Positions 38,608 to 49,031 of a stretch of DNA of 64,000 nucleotides are shown here, one piece after another; positions within the stretch are counted from its first letter, which is position 1, and each line of letters begins with the position of its first letter. The notes below the pieces were generated by a model that did no database searches, was not told the DNA's origin, and worked only from the letters and a program-made list of their open reading frames with translations. The DNA comes from an uncultured Chloroflexia bacterium (GTDB lineage: Bacteria; Chloroflexota; Limnocylindria; Limnocylindrales; CSP1-4): the NCBI GenBank assembly GCA_963749705.1, contig CAVVNQ010000006.1:32001-96000 (forward strand), read 5' to 3'. The position numbers and the translations under genes were made by a program.

Positions 38608-39795
38608 TCAGGTCGGCAGTGACGCGATCCCGGCGAGCAGCGCGACCAGCGCGATCGCGCCGCCGATCGCGAGCCCGGGCGTGATGTACGGCTCCCAAAC
38701 ATGGTCGGTACGCAGTGGCTCGCGTCGCCCGATCTCGAGCCCCCGCGTGTAGTGCGTCAGTGCGGCGAACGCGTACACCGCCGGCGCCGCGGCGATCGCC
38801 TGGACCAGGAACACGAGGGTGCCCAGCGCGAACACCAGCGCCGCGATCACCAGGATGGCCAGCACGGGCGGGAACGTGTCCGCGAGCCCGGCGCCGGTGG
38901 CCACGCGGACGACCGCGTCCAGCCCCGAACCGAGCCCGAGCACGACGATGAACTGGGACAGGACGCCGAACAGCGTGACCACCACGGCCAGCGCCTTGCG
39001 CGCCCGAACGAGCGCGAACGAGCGGCGGATGGCCGTCCCTACGCCGACCTCGCCGATCACGATCCCGGCGGTGACGTACACGAACGGCGCGCCCACGACG
39101 AGCCCGACGGCAAGGGACAGCCCGAAGTCGATGTCATACACGGACCCGATGCTCGCGTCCACGACCGTGCTGACGATCAACGACGCGACCGAGGTCACGA
39201 TGCCGGTGATGACGCTTGCCCCCAGCACGCGCCAGAAGCGCCGGCGCACGATCGCGATCGACTCGGCGAGCCGGAGCGGCCGTCCCTCGGCCCGGCCGCC
39301 GATGACCGTGGTGGCGAGGGCCGTCGCCTCCACGCTCGCGACGAAGTAGCCGAGCACCGCGGGGAACGCCGCGAGGTACAGCCAGCCGACCCATGGCCCG
39401 GGCTGGACGTAGGGCGACGGGTACTCGAACCACACGAACGCCGTGTCGCCCAGCGTGAGCCACGCGAGAGCGATCAGCGTGATCGCCGGGGCGACGGTCA
39501 TCAGCATCAGCAGGCCGATGTAGAAGGACGCCGAGCGCAGCCCCGAATCGGACCGGGTCAGCAGGTCCAGGGCCATCGCCACGAGCTTGCGGGTGCCCAG
39601 CGGGATGGCGAGGACGGCGTCGGTGACGGGCGGCAGCGCGGGCTGGAGGAATACCGGCGGGGAACCGGGTGGCGGTGGCGGTGGCGGAAGGATCGGGCCC
39701 ACGAAGCTGCCGTCGAACCGGAGCTCCGGGTGGGCAGGCGAGGACGGTGGTGGTGGCGGGGGGGTCGGGATGTCCACGTGTGTCTCGCGCGTCAC
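38608..39795 (-). CDS. Multi-pass membrane protein with a proline-rich N-terminus
   Basis: Poly-Pro stretches followed by ~7 hydrophobic segments; GTGA overlap with the upstream gene. Confidence 0.8.
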   Translation of the reverse strand: MTRETHVDIPTPPPPPPSSPAHPELRFDGSFVGPILPPPPPPPGSPPVFLQPALPPVTDAVLAIPLGTRKLVAMALDLLTRSDSGLRSASFYIGLLMLMTVAPAITLIALAWLTLGDTAFVWFEYPSPYVQPGPWVGWLYLAAFPAVLGYFVASVEATALATTVIGGRAEGRPLRLAESIAIVRRRFWRVLGASVITGIVTSVASLIVSTVVDASIGSVYDIDFGLSLAVGLVVGAPFVYVTAGIVIGEVGVGTAIRRSFALVRARKALAVVVTLFGVLSQFIVVLGLGSGLDAVVRVATGAGLADTFPPVLAILVIAALVFALGTLVFLVQAIAAAPAVYAFAALTHYTRGLEIGRREPLRTDHVWEPYITPGLAIGGAIALVALLAGIASLPT

Positions 39796-40811
39796 CGGCG
39801 CCGGCCCGGCAATGGACCGGCCTCCGCCAGCAGCGTGCCCAGGCCCTCGACGGCGACGTTCCCGCCCGAGAGGATGACGCACACGCGATCCCCGTCGCGG
39901 ATCGGCACCGCGCCCGTGAGCACGGCCGCAAGCGCGGCTGCCCCGGCCGGCTCGACGACCTGCTTGAGACGCTCAACCGCGAAGCGCATGCCGGCGAGGA
40001 TCGTCGCGTCCTCGATCAGGACCACGTCCTCGACATAGCGTTGCGCGACCGCCAGCGCCAGCCGCCCCGCTGTCGGCGCACCGAGCCCGTCGGCGACGCT
40101 CACGGGCGTGATCCGGACGGGCTCGCCCGCGTCGAGACCCTTGCGCATCGCGTTCGATCCGACCGGCTCGACGCCGAACACCCGGATCGATGGCCGGCTC
40201 TCCTTGAGCGCGACGGTCACGCCGCCCAGCAGACCGCCGCCGCCCACCCCGACGACCACGACATCGACGTCCGGCAGGTCCTCGAGGATCTCCAGCCCGC
40301 AGGATCCGTTGCCGATCAGGACCTCGGGGTCGTCGTACGGGTGGACGAGCGTCAGCCCCCGCTCCTCGCGCAGGCGCTCGAGGTGGACCAGCGATTCGCC
40401 GACGTGGGCGCCGCGGAGCACGACCTCGGCGCCGTATTCCAGGCAGGCCGCGATCTTCGACCCGACGGCCCCCTCGGGCATGACGACCGTGACCGGGACG
40501 CCCGCCTCGCGCCCGGCCCACGCGTAGGCCTGTCCGGCATTGCCGGCGGAGATCGTGATCGCCCCGCGCTTGCGCTCCGCGGCCGTGAGCGACCGGATCC
40601 GCGCCAGCGCCGCCCGCGGCTTGAACGAGCCGGTCTTCTGGAGGTGCTCGGCCTTGAGGTACAGCCGGCTGTCCCCCAGCCGGTGACCGAGGGCGGCGCC
40701 CGCCATCCGTGCCGCCGTCGCCGATGACAGCATCGGCGTGTGATGGATCCGGCCGCGCAGCAGCGCGCGGGTCTCGCGGATGGCGGCGAGGGTCACGGGC
40801 TGGTCGCGCAC
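39792..40811 (-). CDS. PLP-dependent threonine/serine dehydratase family protein
   Basis: KAEHLQKTGSFKPR, SAGNAG, GVGGGGL, EPAGA, SGGN. Confidence 0.93.
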   Translation of the reverse strand: MRDQPVTLAAIRETRALLRGRIHHTPMLSSATAARMAGAALGHRLGDSRLYLKAEHLQKTGSFKPRAALARIRSLTAAERKRGAITISAGNAGQAYAWAGREAGVPVTVVMPEGAVGSKIAACLEYGAEVVLRGAHVGESLVHLERLREERGLTLVHPYDDPEVLIGNGSCGLEILEDLPDVDVVVVGVGGGGLLGGVTVALKESRPSIRVFGVEPVGSNAMRKGLDAGEPVRITPVSVADGLGAPTAGRLALAVAQRYVEDVVLIEDATILAGMRFAVERLKQVVEPAGAAALAAVLTGAVPIRDGDRVCVILSGGNVAVEGLGTLLAEAGPLPGRRR

Positions 40812-40959
40812 GATCGGGAGTATGCCGCCGCGGGCCGCCGCCCCGCTCCGGTTTCTCGAGCCCGAACCGCCGCCGACGCCCGCGCCATCTCCGCCGACAC
40901 CGGACCTCATCGTCCACGATGCACTTGCGTTCTTGCGCAACTAGTGACAGACTTCGGGC

Positions 40960-41256
40960 GTGATCGACATCGACGCAGACCGGGAAACCGAACGACAGCG
41001 GTCCGCCGCCGTCGCCAGGGCGCTCGGTGACCCCAAGCGGCTGTGCGTCCTCGAGTCCCTCGCCGGTGGCGAGGCCTCGGTGGGCGAGCTCGCCACGCGG
41101 GTCAGCTGCCAGGTGCCGAACATGAGCCAGCATCTCGCTGTGCTCCGGTCGGCCGGCCTCGTCACGACCCGTCGTGACGGGAACACGGTCTACTACCGCC
41201 TTGCCGATCCTCGGGTCGTCGAGGCCTACCAGCTACTACATACGCTCGCCCGCTGA
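40960..41256 (+). CDS. ArsR/SmtB-family transcriptional regulator
   Basis: ALGDPKRL, SQHLAVLR.AGLV, R.G..VYY. Confidence 0.93.
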   Translation: MIDIDADRETERQRSAAVARALGDPKRLCVLESLAGGEASVGELATRVSCQVPNMSQHLAVLRSAGLVTTRRDGNTVYYRLADPRVVEAYQLLHTLAR

Positions 41257-41302
41257 CCGGGTCGGGATGTCCCACCGTCCGGTGGGAGAAAGGAGCCGCC
41301 GC

Positions 41303-41653
41303 GTGGCGGAGATCAAGCAGGCGACCGACGACACCTTCGAGGCGTTGGTCCTGAACAACGACAAGCCGGTCGTGGTCGACTTCTGGGCCACCTGGTGCGG
41401 GCCCTGCAAGATGGTCGCGCCCGAGATGGTCAAGCTCGCCGAGAAGTACGACGGCGTGGTGGACGTCGTCAAGGTCGATGTCGATGCCAACCCGCGGCTG
41501 TCGCAGGCGTTCGGGATCATGAGCATCCCCACCATCGCGTACTTCAAGCCCGGCGCGCAGCCGCAGGGCGTGGTCGGCTTCCGGCCCCTCGAGCAGCTCG
41601 AGACCGCGTTCGGGCTCACCAGCCTCGCGGCGACCCCCAAGGCCACGGCCTAG
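41303..41653 (+). CDS. trxA: Thioredoxin
   Basis: DFWATWCGPC, SIPT; AAGGAG RBS. Confidence 0.96.
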   Translation: MAEIKQATDDTFEALVLNNDKPVVVDFWATWCGPCKMVAPEMVKLAEKYDGVVDVVKVDVDANPRLSQAFGIMSIPTIAYFKPGAQPQGVVGFRPLEQLETAFGLTSLAATPKATA

Positions 41654-41696
41654 ACGGGCTCGCCGGGGACCAACCCGGCGTCGTTCCAACGGCACG

Positions 41697-41725
41697 CGAC
41701 CCCGGTCATCGACCGGGGTCGTTTC
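41697..41725 (+). terminator. Intrinsic terminator after trxA
   Basis: cgaccccggtc-atc-gaccggggtcg-tttc. Confidence 0.7.
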
Positions 41726-41942
41726 GTGCGCGCTGCTCGCCGCCCCGCCCTGCCCCACCCGGCCCCGACTCACCCCCGCCCCGACTCACCGGGTGCATCA
41801 ATAGCGTGCCCAGCGTGGCGGCTCCGGGCCAGATCGACGCGAGATCACCGCGAAACCCGTGTCCCGGGACCGTGGTGATGCGCTGCGTGAGTCAAGGTGG
41901 TGGAGGCGGCCGCGGATCGCCCGCGGATCGCCCGCGCCAGCG

Positions 41943-42371
41943 CTACGTCGCGCGCCCGACCGCCCTGCGGTGCGCGCTGCGAACCCACGCCTCCGCGCGA
42001 TCCAGGGCGAACCGATCGATATCCTCGGGCGTGAACGCGATCCAGCCGTCGCCACGTGTCGAGCGCAACGTGTTCGCCGTGCGGAGCGCAGCCGCACCGA
42101 TGGGCGGGTCGAGCGATACCTCCAGCACGTCCTGCATCAGCACCGCGAACGCCGTGCCGCCCGCGACGTACGTCACCGACTCGCCGTCGCGCCGTCGCTC
42201 CACCCCGTCCAGGTCTGCGATGACGGCCTCGACCCGCTCATCCAGCGACTCGTCGGCCTCGGCCAACGCCTCGGCCGCCGCCGCGGCCTCCTCCGATGCA
42301 TCGAGCGGGCGGTCATCGTCTTCGCCGTCGTCGTCCGGATCGAAATGGCCGTTGCCGGACACGTCGGTCAC
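41943..42371 (-). CDS. Hypothetical protein with acidic N-terminus
   Basis: GTGA-coupled to the upstream gene; globular C-terminal half. Confidence 0.7.
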   Translation of the reverse strand: MTDVSGNGHFDPDDDGEDDDRPLDASEEAAAAAEALAEADESLDERVEAVIADLDGVERRRDGESVTYVAGGTAFAVLMQDVLEVSLDPPIGAAALRTANTLRSTRGDGWIAFTPEDIDRFALDRAEAWVRSAHRRAVGRAT

Positions 42372-42850
42372 GATGCCGCCGCCAGGATCGCCTGCAACGC
42401 CGGCAGGTGCTCCTCGTAGTGCTCGGTCGTCTCGCCGAAGAAGTACTCCTGGGTGTCGGCGTTCTTGATCCAGCGGATCTCGGGGACCACGGTGAGATAG
42501 CCACGCAGCTCGCCTGACACGTTGCGGAACTGCTGGCGCACCTCGGCCATCGGCATCGACCGGAACCGCGCCAGTGCTTCCTCATTGATCCGGTCGCCCT
42601 CGCCCGGGATGTCCCACTGCGCGTTGAGCCGCTCCATGGTCGGGCTCGTCTCCCCCATCGCGAGCTCCTTGGCGGTCGCGAGGGCGGCCTCCTGCCACAC
42701 GACCAGGTGGCCCATCAGGTCGCGTCCGGACCAGCCGCCCGCGGCCTCGACGGGCTGGTCGAGCTGTTCGTCCGTGAGCGCCTCCAGGGCTTCGTAGGCA
42801 CGGAACGCATCGCGCTCGTCTTCGAGAAAGGAGAGGGCATCGAGGTACAT
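42368..42850 (-). CDS. DinB/ClbS-like four-helix-bundle protein
   Basis: GWSGRDLMGHL..W, EHYEEH. Confidence 0.85.
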   Translation of the reverse strand: MYLDALSFLEDERDAFRAYEALEALTDEQLDQPVEAAGGWSGRDLMGHLVVWQEAALATAKELAMGETSPTMERLNAQWDIPGEGDRINEEALARFRSMPMAEVRQQFRNVSGELRGYLTVVPEIRWIKNADTQEYFFGETTEHYEEHLPALQAILAAAS

Positions 42851-42917
42851 GCGTGCATCGTAGCCCCGGTCGGCCCCGCCGCGGCGGCCTGTCGCAGGGC
42901 TTCGCGTGGCCGAGGAC

Positions 42918-44696
42918 TCAGACCGCGACCGGCTCCCGGTACTCCCCGAACACCTCGCGCAGCACCTGGCACTGCTCGCCGAGGGTCGCGTACCGCTCGG
43001 CGCAGCGGAGGAAGTGCGGCATCAGGTTGGTCTCACTGGTGCCCGGACGCGCGGCGGCCTCGCGCAGGCCCTCGAGCGCGGCCGCCACCGCCTCGCCGTC
43101 GCGCTCCGCGCGCGTCCGCTCCAGCCGGGCGAGGTGCCGTTCCAGCGACCCCTCGGGCACCTGGAGCACCGGAACCGTGATCGGCTCCGGGTTCTGGTAG
43201 CGGTTGACGCCCACGATCACCCGCTCCCCGGCGTCGAACTCGCGCTGGAAGCGATATGCCGAGTCGGCGATCTCGCGCTGGGGGTAGCCCTCCGCGATCG
43301 CCTTGACCATGCCACCACGCCGGTCGATCTCGTCGAGGTAGCGCCAGACCTCGCGCTCGACGCGGTTCGTCAGCGACTCCACGAACCACGAGCCGCCCAG
43401 CGGATCGACCGTGGAGGCGACCCCCGTCTCCTCGGCGAGGATCTGCTGCTGGCGGAGTGCGAGCATCGCGGCGCCCGCAGTGGGCACGGCGAGCGCCTCG
43501 TCGTAGGCGTCGGTGTGCAGGCTCTGCGTGCCGCCCAGGATCGCCGCCAGCGCCTGGGTCGCGACCCGGGTCAGGTTGTTGAGCGGCTGCTGCGGGGTCA
43601 ATGACACGCCCGCGGTCTGGGTGTGGAAGCGCATCCAGGTCGAGCGCTCGTTCTCGGCGCGATAGCGCTCGTTCATGAGCTTCCACCAGATCCGGCGCGA
43701 GGCCCGGAACTTGGCGATCTCCTCGAAGAAGTCGGAATGGCTGTTGAAGAAGAACGACAGCCGGGGCGCGAACTCGTCGACCCGCAGCCCGCGCGCCATC
43801 GTCGCCTCGACATAGGCCATCCCGTCGGCGATCGTGAACGCCAGCTCCTGGACCGCGGTCGAGCCCGCCTCGCGGATGTGGTAGCCGCTGATCGAGACCG
43901 TGTTCCACTTGGGCAGCTCGCGCGTCCCGAACTCGATCGTGTCAACGACCAGCCGCATCGACGGGTCCGGCGGGTACAGGAACTCCTTCTGCGCGACGTA
44001 CTCCTTGAGGATGTCGTTCTGGGTCGTGCCCTCGAGCGCGCCGCGCGGGACCCCGGCCTTCTCCGCCGCCGCGATGTACATCGCCCAGATCGGCGCGGCC
44101 GGGGCGTTGATCGTCATCGACGTGCTCACCCGATCGAGCGGCAGCCCCTCGAGCAGGAGCTCCATGTCGGCGAGGCTGCTGACCGCCACGCCGCACGTCC
44201 CGAACTCGCCGTCCGCCTCTGGATCGTCGGTGTCGTAGCCGTACAGCGTGGGCATGTCGTACGCGATCGAGAGCCCGGTCTGGCCGGCATCGAGCAGCTG
44301 ACGGAACCGGGCGTTGGTGTCCTCGGCGCTGCCGAAGCCCGCGAACATGCGCATCGTCCACGGGCGCGACCGATACCCGGTCGGGTGGACGCCACGCGTG
44401 AATGGCGGCTCGCCCGGCAGCCCGATGTCACGCAGCGCATGGACGTCCGCGTAGGCGCCGGCGCCCTGGCGGAGCGGATCGCCGTGGTGGTCGACCTCGG
44501 TGGGGCCGCCCGGACCGGCCGGCTCGCCATCGGCACCCGGCTCCGCGTCCCATGGCCCGTAGAGGCCCTCGACGGGCAGGTCGCCGAGCGTGGCAAAGCG
44601 CGGACGGCGCTCGGGAAGTCGTTCGAGGGAGGGCGCGAGGCGCTCGATGCGCCAGGCTCGCCGGCGCGCGGCCCAGGCGTCGGGACGGTCGCTCAT
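42918..44696 (-). CDS. icmA: B12-dependent acyl-CoA mutase large subunit (isobutyryl-CoA mutase signature)
   Basis: [47 protein letters not shown]. Confidence 0.92.
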   Translation of the reverse strand: MSDRPDAWAARRRAWRIERLAPSLERLPERRPRFATLGDLPVEGLYGPWDAEPGADGEPAGPGGPTEVDHHGDPLRQGAGAYADVHALRDIGLPGEPPFTRGVHPTGYRSRPWTMRMFAGFGSAEDTNARFRQLLDAGQTGLSIAYDMPTLYGYDTDDPEADGEFGTCGVAVSSLADMELLLEGLPLDRVSTSMTINAPAAPIWAMYIAAAEKAGVPRGALEGTTQNDILKEYVAQKEFLYPPDPSMRLVVDTIEFGTRELPKWNTVSISGYHIREAGSTAVQELAFTIADGMAYVEATMARGLRVDEFAPRLSFFFNSHSDFFEEIAKFRASRRIWWKLMNERYRAENERSTWMRFHTQTAGVSLTPQQPLNNLTRVATQALAAILGGTQSLHTDAYDEALAVPTAGAAMLALRQQQILAEETGVASTVDPLGGSWFVESLTNRVEREVWRYLDEIDRRGGMVKAIAEGYPQREIADSAYRFQREFDAGERVIVGVNRYQNPEPITVPVLQVPEGSLERHLARLERTRAERDGEAVAAALEGLREAAARPGTSETNLMPHFLRCAERYATLGEQCQVLREVFGEYREPVAV

Positions 44697-44869
44697 CGTG
44701 GGCCGACTCTAGCACGCAGGGGCGCGACCGACGCCGACTGCGGGCTTCGCCAGGTCCATCGGAAGCCCCTGTCAGGCATCGCTCGTGATCGGTCATTCGC
44801 CTCTTGCGCTGCCGTGGCAGACGCGTACGCTGTCCTGCGTCGGGACGGATTCCGTCCAGGGGGTGATGC

Positions 44870-45295
44870 GTGTTCCTGACCCAGGTCAACTACCTCTGGC
44901 GCGACCTCGGCCACGGCAATGGCCGCCGCGCCGCCCTCCTCGTCCTGGCGCCCTGGTTGCTGTTCGCGGCGCTCGCGCTGCCGACCGCGCTGGGTGCGAG
45001 ACCCGCGATCGCCGGCCATGCCGAGCTCTCCGGCACGGATGCCAGCATCGGGCCCGAGATCCACCTCAGCGACAGCTACCGACTGACCGTCACGATGCCC
45101 GCGAAGGCCGGCTGCTCCTATGAGGCGGCGGTCGTCCCGTACGGCTTCCCGCTGAATTCGGACGCGAGCGGCGCCCAGCTCCGCGGGACGGCGGCATCGA
45201 CGTTGGCTGTCACCGGGTTGCAGGACGGCCTGTATCGGATCTCGATGACGGCGACCGGTTGCGGCGCCTGGACGGTCGCGCTCGACCGAAGCTGA
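44870..45295 (+). CDS. Hypothetical exported protein
   Basis: Hydrophobic N-terminal segment, beta-rich domain with two Cys. Confidence 0.65.
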   Translation: MFLTQVNYLWRDLGHGNGRRAALLVLAPWLLFAALALPTALGARPAIAGHAELSGTDASIGPEIHLSDSYRLTVTMPAKAGCSYEAAVVPYGFPLNSDASGAQLRGTAASTLAVTGLQDGLYRISMTATGCGAWTVALDRS

Positions 45296-45373
45296 GGGCT
45301 GACCGGGCGCGGGTCGGCCGCCGACGCGGTCATTGCCGCCGACGTCGTCATCCCGACGGGTGCGGTCGGTCGA

Positions 45374-45994
45374 TCAGTTAGCGCCGAACGCCGCCAGCGC
45401 CTCGAGCACCCTGGCGTCGCCCAGGTCGGCGGCCAGCAGCACGTGCACCCGGCCGGGCTCCGTGGCCGGCCACGTGACCACGGTCTGGCCCGTTCCATCG
45501 CTCTGGAGCACGTCCAGCCGGTGGGCCGCCGCGCCGCCGACGGTCAGCTCGCTCGTCGCCAGCTTCTCGGTCTTGCTGTTCTGGGTGGCGCCATCCCGGT
45601 AGAAGGCGAGCATCTCCGAGGCGTCGAGCCCGCCGGCCTCGAACACCGCGACGGTCAGCGCCGTGGTGCCGCCGAGGTCCCACGTCGCGCCGGCGAAGCG
45701 GACGCCCGTGATCCCGGCATCGGCAAGGGTCCCGAGCGCGCCCGTCGTGCAGTTGCGGCCCGAGTCAACGCTGACCGGCGGCTGGCCCTCGTACGCCTTC
45801 GGCAGCACCGCCTCGAGGTCCGGATAGGCGCCAGGCTGGCGTCCGTCGGTCGTGCACGGGGTTGACGGATCGAAGGTCGCGATGGGGATCTTCGAGCCCG
45901 CGCAGCCGGCGACCAGAATCGCTGCGACCAGGGCGAGGAGCGGGGCAAGAAGCTGGCCGGCCGCGAGCGGAGATCGGCGGTGGAGGCGGGGCAT
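45374..45994 (-). CDS. Putative lipoprotein
   Basis: Signal peptide with LVAGC lipobox; TAGCCT -10 six nt before ATG. Confidence 0.8.
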   Translation of the reverse strand: MPRLHRRSPLAAGQLLAPLLALVAAILVAGCAGSKIPIATFDPSTPCTTDGRQPGAYPDLEAVLPKAYEGQPPVSVDSGRNCTTGALGTLADAGITGVRFAGATWDLGGTTALTVAVFEAGGLDASEMLAFYRDGATQNSKTEKLATSELTVGGAAAHRLDVLQSDGTGQTVVTWPATEPGRVHVLLAADLGDARVLEALAAFGAN

Positions 45995-46551
45995 GGATTG
46001 AGGCTACCGGCGATGACGCCGATACGCCGCCGCACGTCGGCGGCCGACCACGCCTGCTGCCCGGCACGGGCGCGGATGAGGGCCGTCCGCCGGCCCAGCC
46101 GATGGTCTCGGAGGTGCTGGGTCGATGGTCCCGGCGGTGCCTGCGTGCGCCTGACGATCGCCCATGGGGCCCCCATGACCTGCCGCCCATTGCCTTTGGC
46201 CCGGGCCGGTCGTACGTTGACGTTCGCGTTCGATACGCGCCGACCCCACGAACCACCGGGGGAACACCTGGGGCGTCGGCCACGGATCGAGGGCCGGACA
46301 ACCCGATCGTCGGGGACGCTCGACGGCACGGGGGTTCCGGGTCCGCGATCACGAGCCGAGTAACCAAGGATCGACCGGCCAGCAGGCCCGGTCGTGGGGC
46401 GGCAGCACTGATCGGTCCTTCATTGGCGCCCTCGGCATATGCCGGGGGCGCAGTCATGTCCGTTGGGCGACGGGGTTCGACATGGCCGGCCTGAGCGCCG
46501 CGGCAGGCCGGTGTCGAGGGCTCAGGCCCTGCCCGGCCCGACCGGCTTCTG

Positions 46552-47310
46552 CTACCCGAACGGGTTCGAGTGCCAGCCGGGTCGGGCGGGCCGGTGAACA
46601 CGGCGGATCCCGCGGCGGTCCAGCTCGTCGCGGATGACGCGGGACGCCATCGCGATCTCGGGCTCGCGGGTGATCGTGGTCGCCAGCCAGTCGATGTACG
46701 AGGGCTCGAACGCGGCGATCTCCCCCAGCGTGTGGCCGTGGAACTTGCCGAACTCGACCTCGATCTCGAGCGCGTCGTCGAGCGAGGGAGGCTCGGGCGC
46801 CACGTGGCCCGGGAGGTGATCCCGCTCCATCGGCCCCGATGGCTGTGACGCCCGGAGCTCCGGCGCGGACCGGTCCCAGCGCAGCGGCGGCTGGCCCGTG
46901 AGCGGGATCCGCGTCCCGGGCGGCGTGATCGTCTGGTTTCGCGGCCGGACGAAGTCGCTCATGTCGAGGCGGCCGGTGACCGGTCGGGTCGGCTTCGGGG
47001 GCGGGGGTCCGGCGGACGCGCCGTTGCGCCGGCCCGGCGGGCCTGATGTCGCGCCGGCGGCCCCGCTGCCCGATCGCCGTCGCGCGCCCGCGTCGCGCTG
47101 GCCCTCGACCGTCTCGCCGGCCCGGGTGAGCGCCGCGTAGGCGGCGTTGATCTCGGCCATCCGCCGCGTGGCGCGCCGGACCGCCTCGGGATCGTCGCCA
47201 GTCAGATCGGGATGGTGCTGGCGGGCAAGCCCGCGCCAGGCGGCCTTGATGTCATCCGGGGTCGCGCCATGCTCCACGCCGAGCACGGCGTGCGGGTTCT
47301 TGGGGGCCAC
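46552..47310 (-). CDS. J-domain protein with a C-terminal FGK(F/Y)-type small domain
   Basis: HHPD, INAAY; FGKFHGHTLGEI...PSYIDWL. Confidence 0.88.
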   Translation of the reverse strand: MAPKNPHAVLGVEHGATPDDIKAAWRGLARQHHPDLTGDDPEAVRRATRRMAEINAAYAALTRAGETVEGQRDAGARRRSGSGAAGATSGPPGRRNGASAGPPPPKPTRPVTGRLDMSDFVRPRNQTITPPGTRIPLTGQPPLRWDRSAPELRASQPSGPMERDHLPGHVAPEPPSLDDALEIEVEFGKFHGHTLGEIAAFEPSYIDWLATTITREPEIAMASRVIRDELDRRGIRRVHRPARPGWHSNPFG

Positions 47311-47369
47311 GTCCAGAGTGTAGCCCCGGCCCGCTTGACAACCGGCACGGCACGCGGTCCTCTTGCCAC

Positions 47370-48494
47370 ATGCTTCCGCTCCTCCGCTCCCGGCGCGCAG
47401 GGCTCGTGGCGGCGCTCGCCGCGCTGCCCCTGGCGGCCGCCTACCGTTTCGCGCTCGTGTACCGGGTCCGGGCCGGCTACCCCCGCCGTCACCCGCCCAC
47501 CTGCACGCCGGCGGCGCTCGGGCTGCCGTTCGAGGCCGTCGATGTCCCGACCGACGACGGCCTGATCCTGCCGGGCTGGTTCATCCCCGCTGGTCCCGCC
47601 CTGGCTCCGGGCGTCGTCCTCGTCCATGGCTGGGAGTCGGCCCGGGACCGAACCCTGCCGCATGCGCAGGTCCTCCATGCCGCGGGGTTCCACGTCCTGA
47701 CCTTCGATGTGCGAGGCCACGGCGCGAATGGGCCCGAGGCGCTGCCGATGTCGGTCGGCGAGTACGCCGCCGACGCTCGGGCCGGGATCGCGGCCATCCT
47801 CCGGCGGTCGGAGGTCACGAAGGCTGGGCTGCTCGGGCACTCCATGGGTGCCGCCGGCTCGTTGGTCGCCGCCGCCGCGGACCCCGACATCGCCTCGGTG
47901 ATCGCGGTCGCCGCGCCCGCGGACCCGCATCGCCTCACGCGCCAGACATTCCGGCTCGCGCGCCTGCCGATCCCCGGCCCCATCGCCTGGCCATTGGCCT
48001 GGCTGACGACGCGCGTCTACCTCAGGCCGCGCGGCCACACCGTGTCGTCGGTCAGCGCCAGCCGCGCCGTCCGCGAGATCCCGGTGCCGGTGATGCTCGC
48101 CCACGGCAGCGAGGACGGGGTGGTTCCGGTGGCCGATGTCGCGAGGCTCGCCGAGGCGCGCCGCGAGGCCCTGCCCGACGCGGTGACCGAGGTCATGGTC
48201 GTCGAGGGTGGCCACCACTCCTGGCTGTACGAGTTCCCCGCGTATCGGGCAGCGATCGCCCGGTTCCTCACGACGACCCTGGGCGGGCCGCTCGGGCCCG
48301 ACGCCGCGGCGGCCCTTGCCGAGGCGGTGCCGGCCGAGCGGCTTCCCGACCCGGAGCGCCTCACGACGCTCGACGAGGAGCCCGGCGGGTTCCGGTCGCT
48401 CGCGCGGATCATCGGTCACCGCGGGCGCGGGGCCATCGCCGCCCCACAGGGCGCCGTGCCCGCCGCGGCCGATCCGGGAGCGCCGGCCCGATGA
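47370..48494 (+). CDS. Alpha/beta hydrolase
   Basis: VHGW, FDVRGHG, GHSMG, HGSEDGVV, GGHH. Confidence 0.92.
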   Translation: MLPLLRSRRAGLVAALAALPLAAAYRFALVYRVRAGYPRRHPPTCTPAALGLPFEAVDVPTDDGLILPGWFIPAGPALAPGVVLVHGWESARDRTLPHAQVLHAAGFHVLTFDVRGHGANGPEALPMSVGEYAADARAGIAAILRRSEVTKAGLLGHSMGAAGSLVAAAADPDIASVIAVAAPADPHRLTRQTFRLARLPIPGPIAWPLAWLTTRVYLRPRGHTVSSVSASRAVREIPVPVMLAHGSEDGVVPVADVARLAEARREALPDAVTEVMVVEGGHHSWLYEFPAYRAAIARFLTTTLGGPLGPDAAAALAEAVPAERLPDPERLTTLDEEPGGFRSLARIIGHRGRGAIAAPQGAVPAAADPGAPAR

Positions 48495-49024
48495 CCGCCT
48501 GGGACGCCATCAACCACAAGCGCGCCGTTCGCGAGTTCGCCGACCGGCCCATCGAACCGGACCGGCTCGAACGGATCCTCGACGCCGGCCGGCGAGCGCA
48601 CAGCGCCAAGAACCTGCAGCGCTGGGCGTTCATCGTCGTCCGCGATCGGGAGCGGCTGCGCGAGCTGTCGACGCTCGGCCCGTTCGCGGGGCACCTGGCC
48701 GGCGCGGCAGTCGCTGTCGCGCTCGTGACTCCCGACCCGCGCGGGCCGAAGGGCTCGCTGAGCATCATGTGGGACATCGGCGGGGCGGCGGCGCAGATGA
48801 TGGTCGTGGCCTGGGAGCTGGGCATCGGCAGCTGCCCCGCAACGGTGTACGAGGCGGACCGTGCCCGGGAGCTGCTCGGGTACCCGGCGGACATGCACTG
48901 CGAGCACATCCTCTCGTTCGGGTATCCGCGCGACCCGTCGGTCATGACGCGGCCCAATCGCCCGGGAGGCCGGCGGCCGACGGGCGAGCTGGTCCACGAG
49001 GACCACTGGCGAGACGACGGGTGA
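48491..49024 (+). CDS. Nitroreductase family protein
   Basis: KRAVREF, AHSAKNLQRWAF, LGIGSC, FGYP; ATGA overlap. Confidence 0.92.
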   Translation: MTAWDAINHKRAVREFADRPIEPDRLERILDAGRRAHSAKNLQRWAFIVVRDRERLRELSTLGPFAGHLAGAAVAVALVTPDPRGPKGSLSIMWDIGGAAAQMMVVAWELGIGSCPATVYEADRARELLGYPADMHCEHILSFGYPRDPSVMTRPNRPGGRRPTGELVHEDHWRDDG

Positions 49025-49031
49025 CGGGAAG

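Noticed and set aside
46440-46490. tmRNA 5' end (ggggttcgac)
   Set aside because: No matching tRNA-like 3' end or tag reading frame
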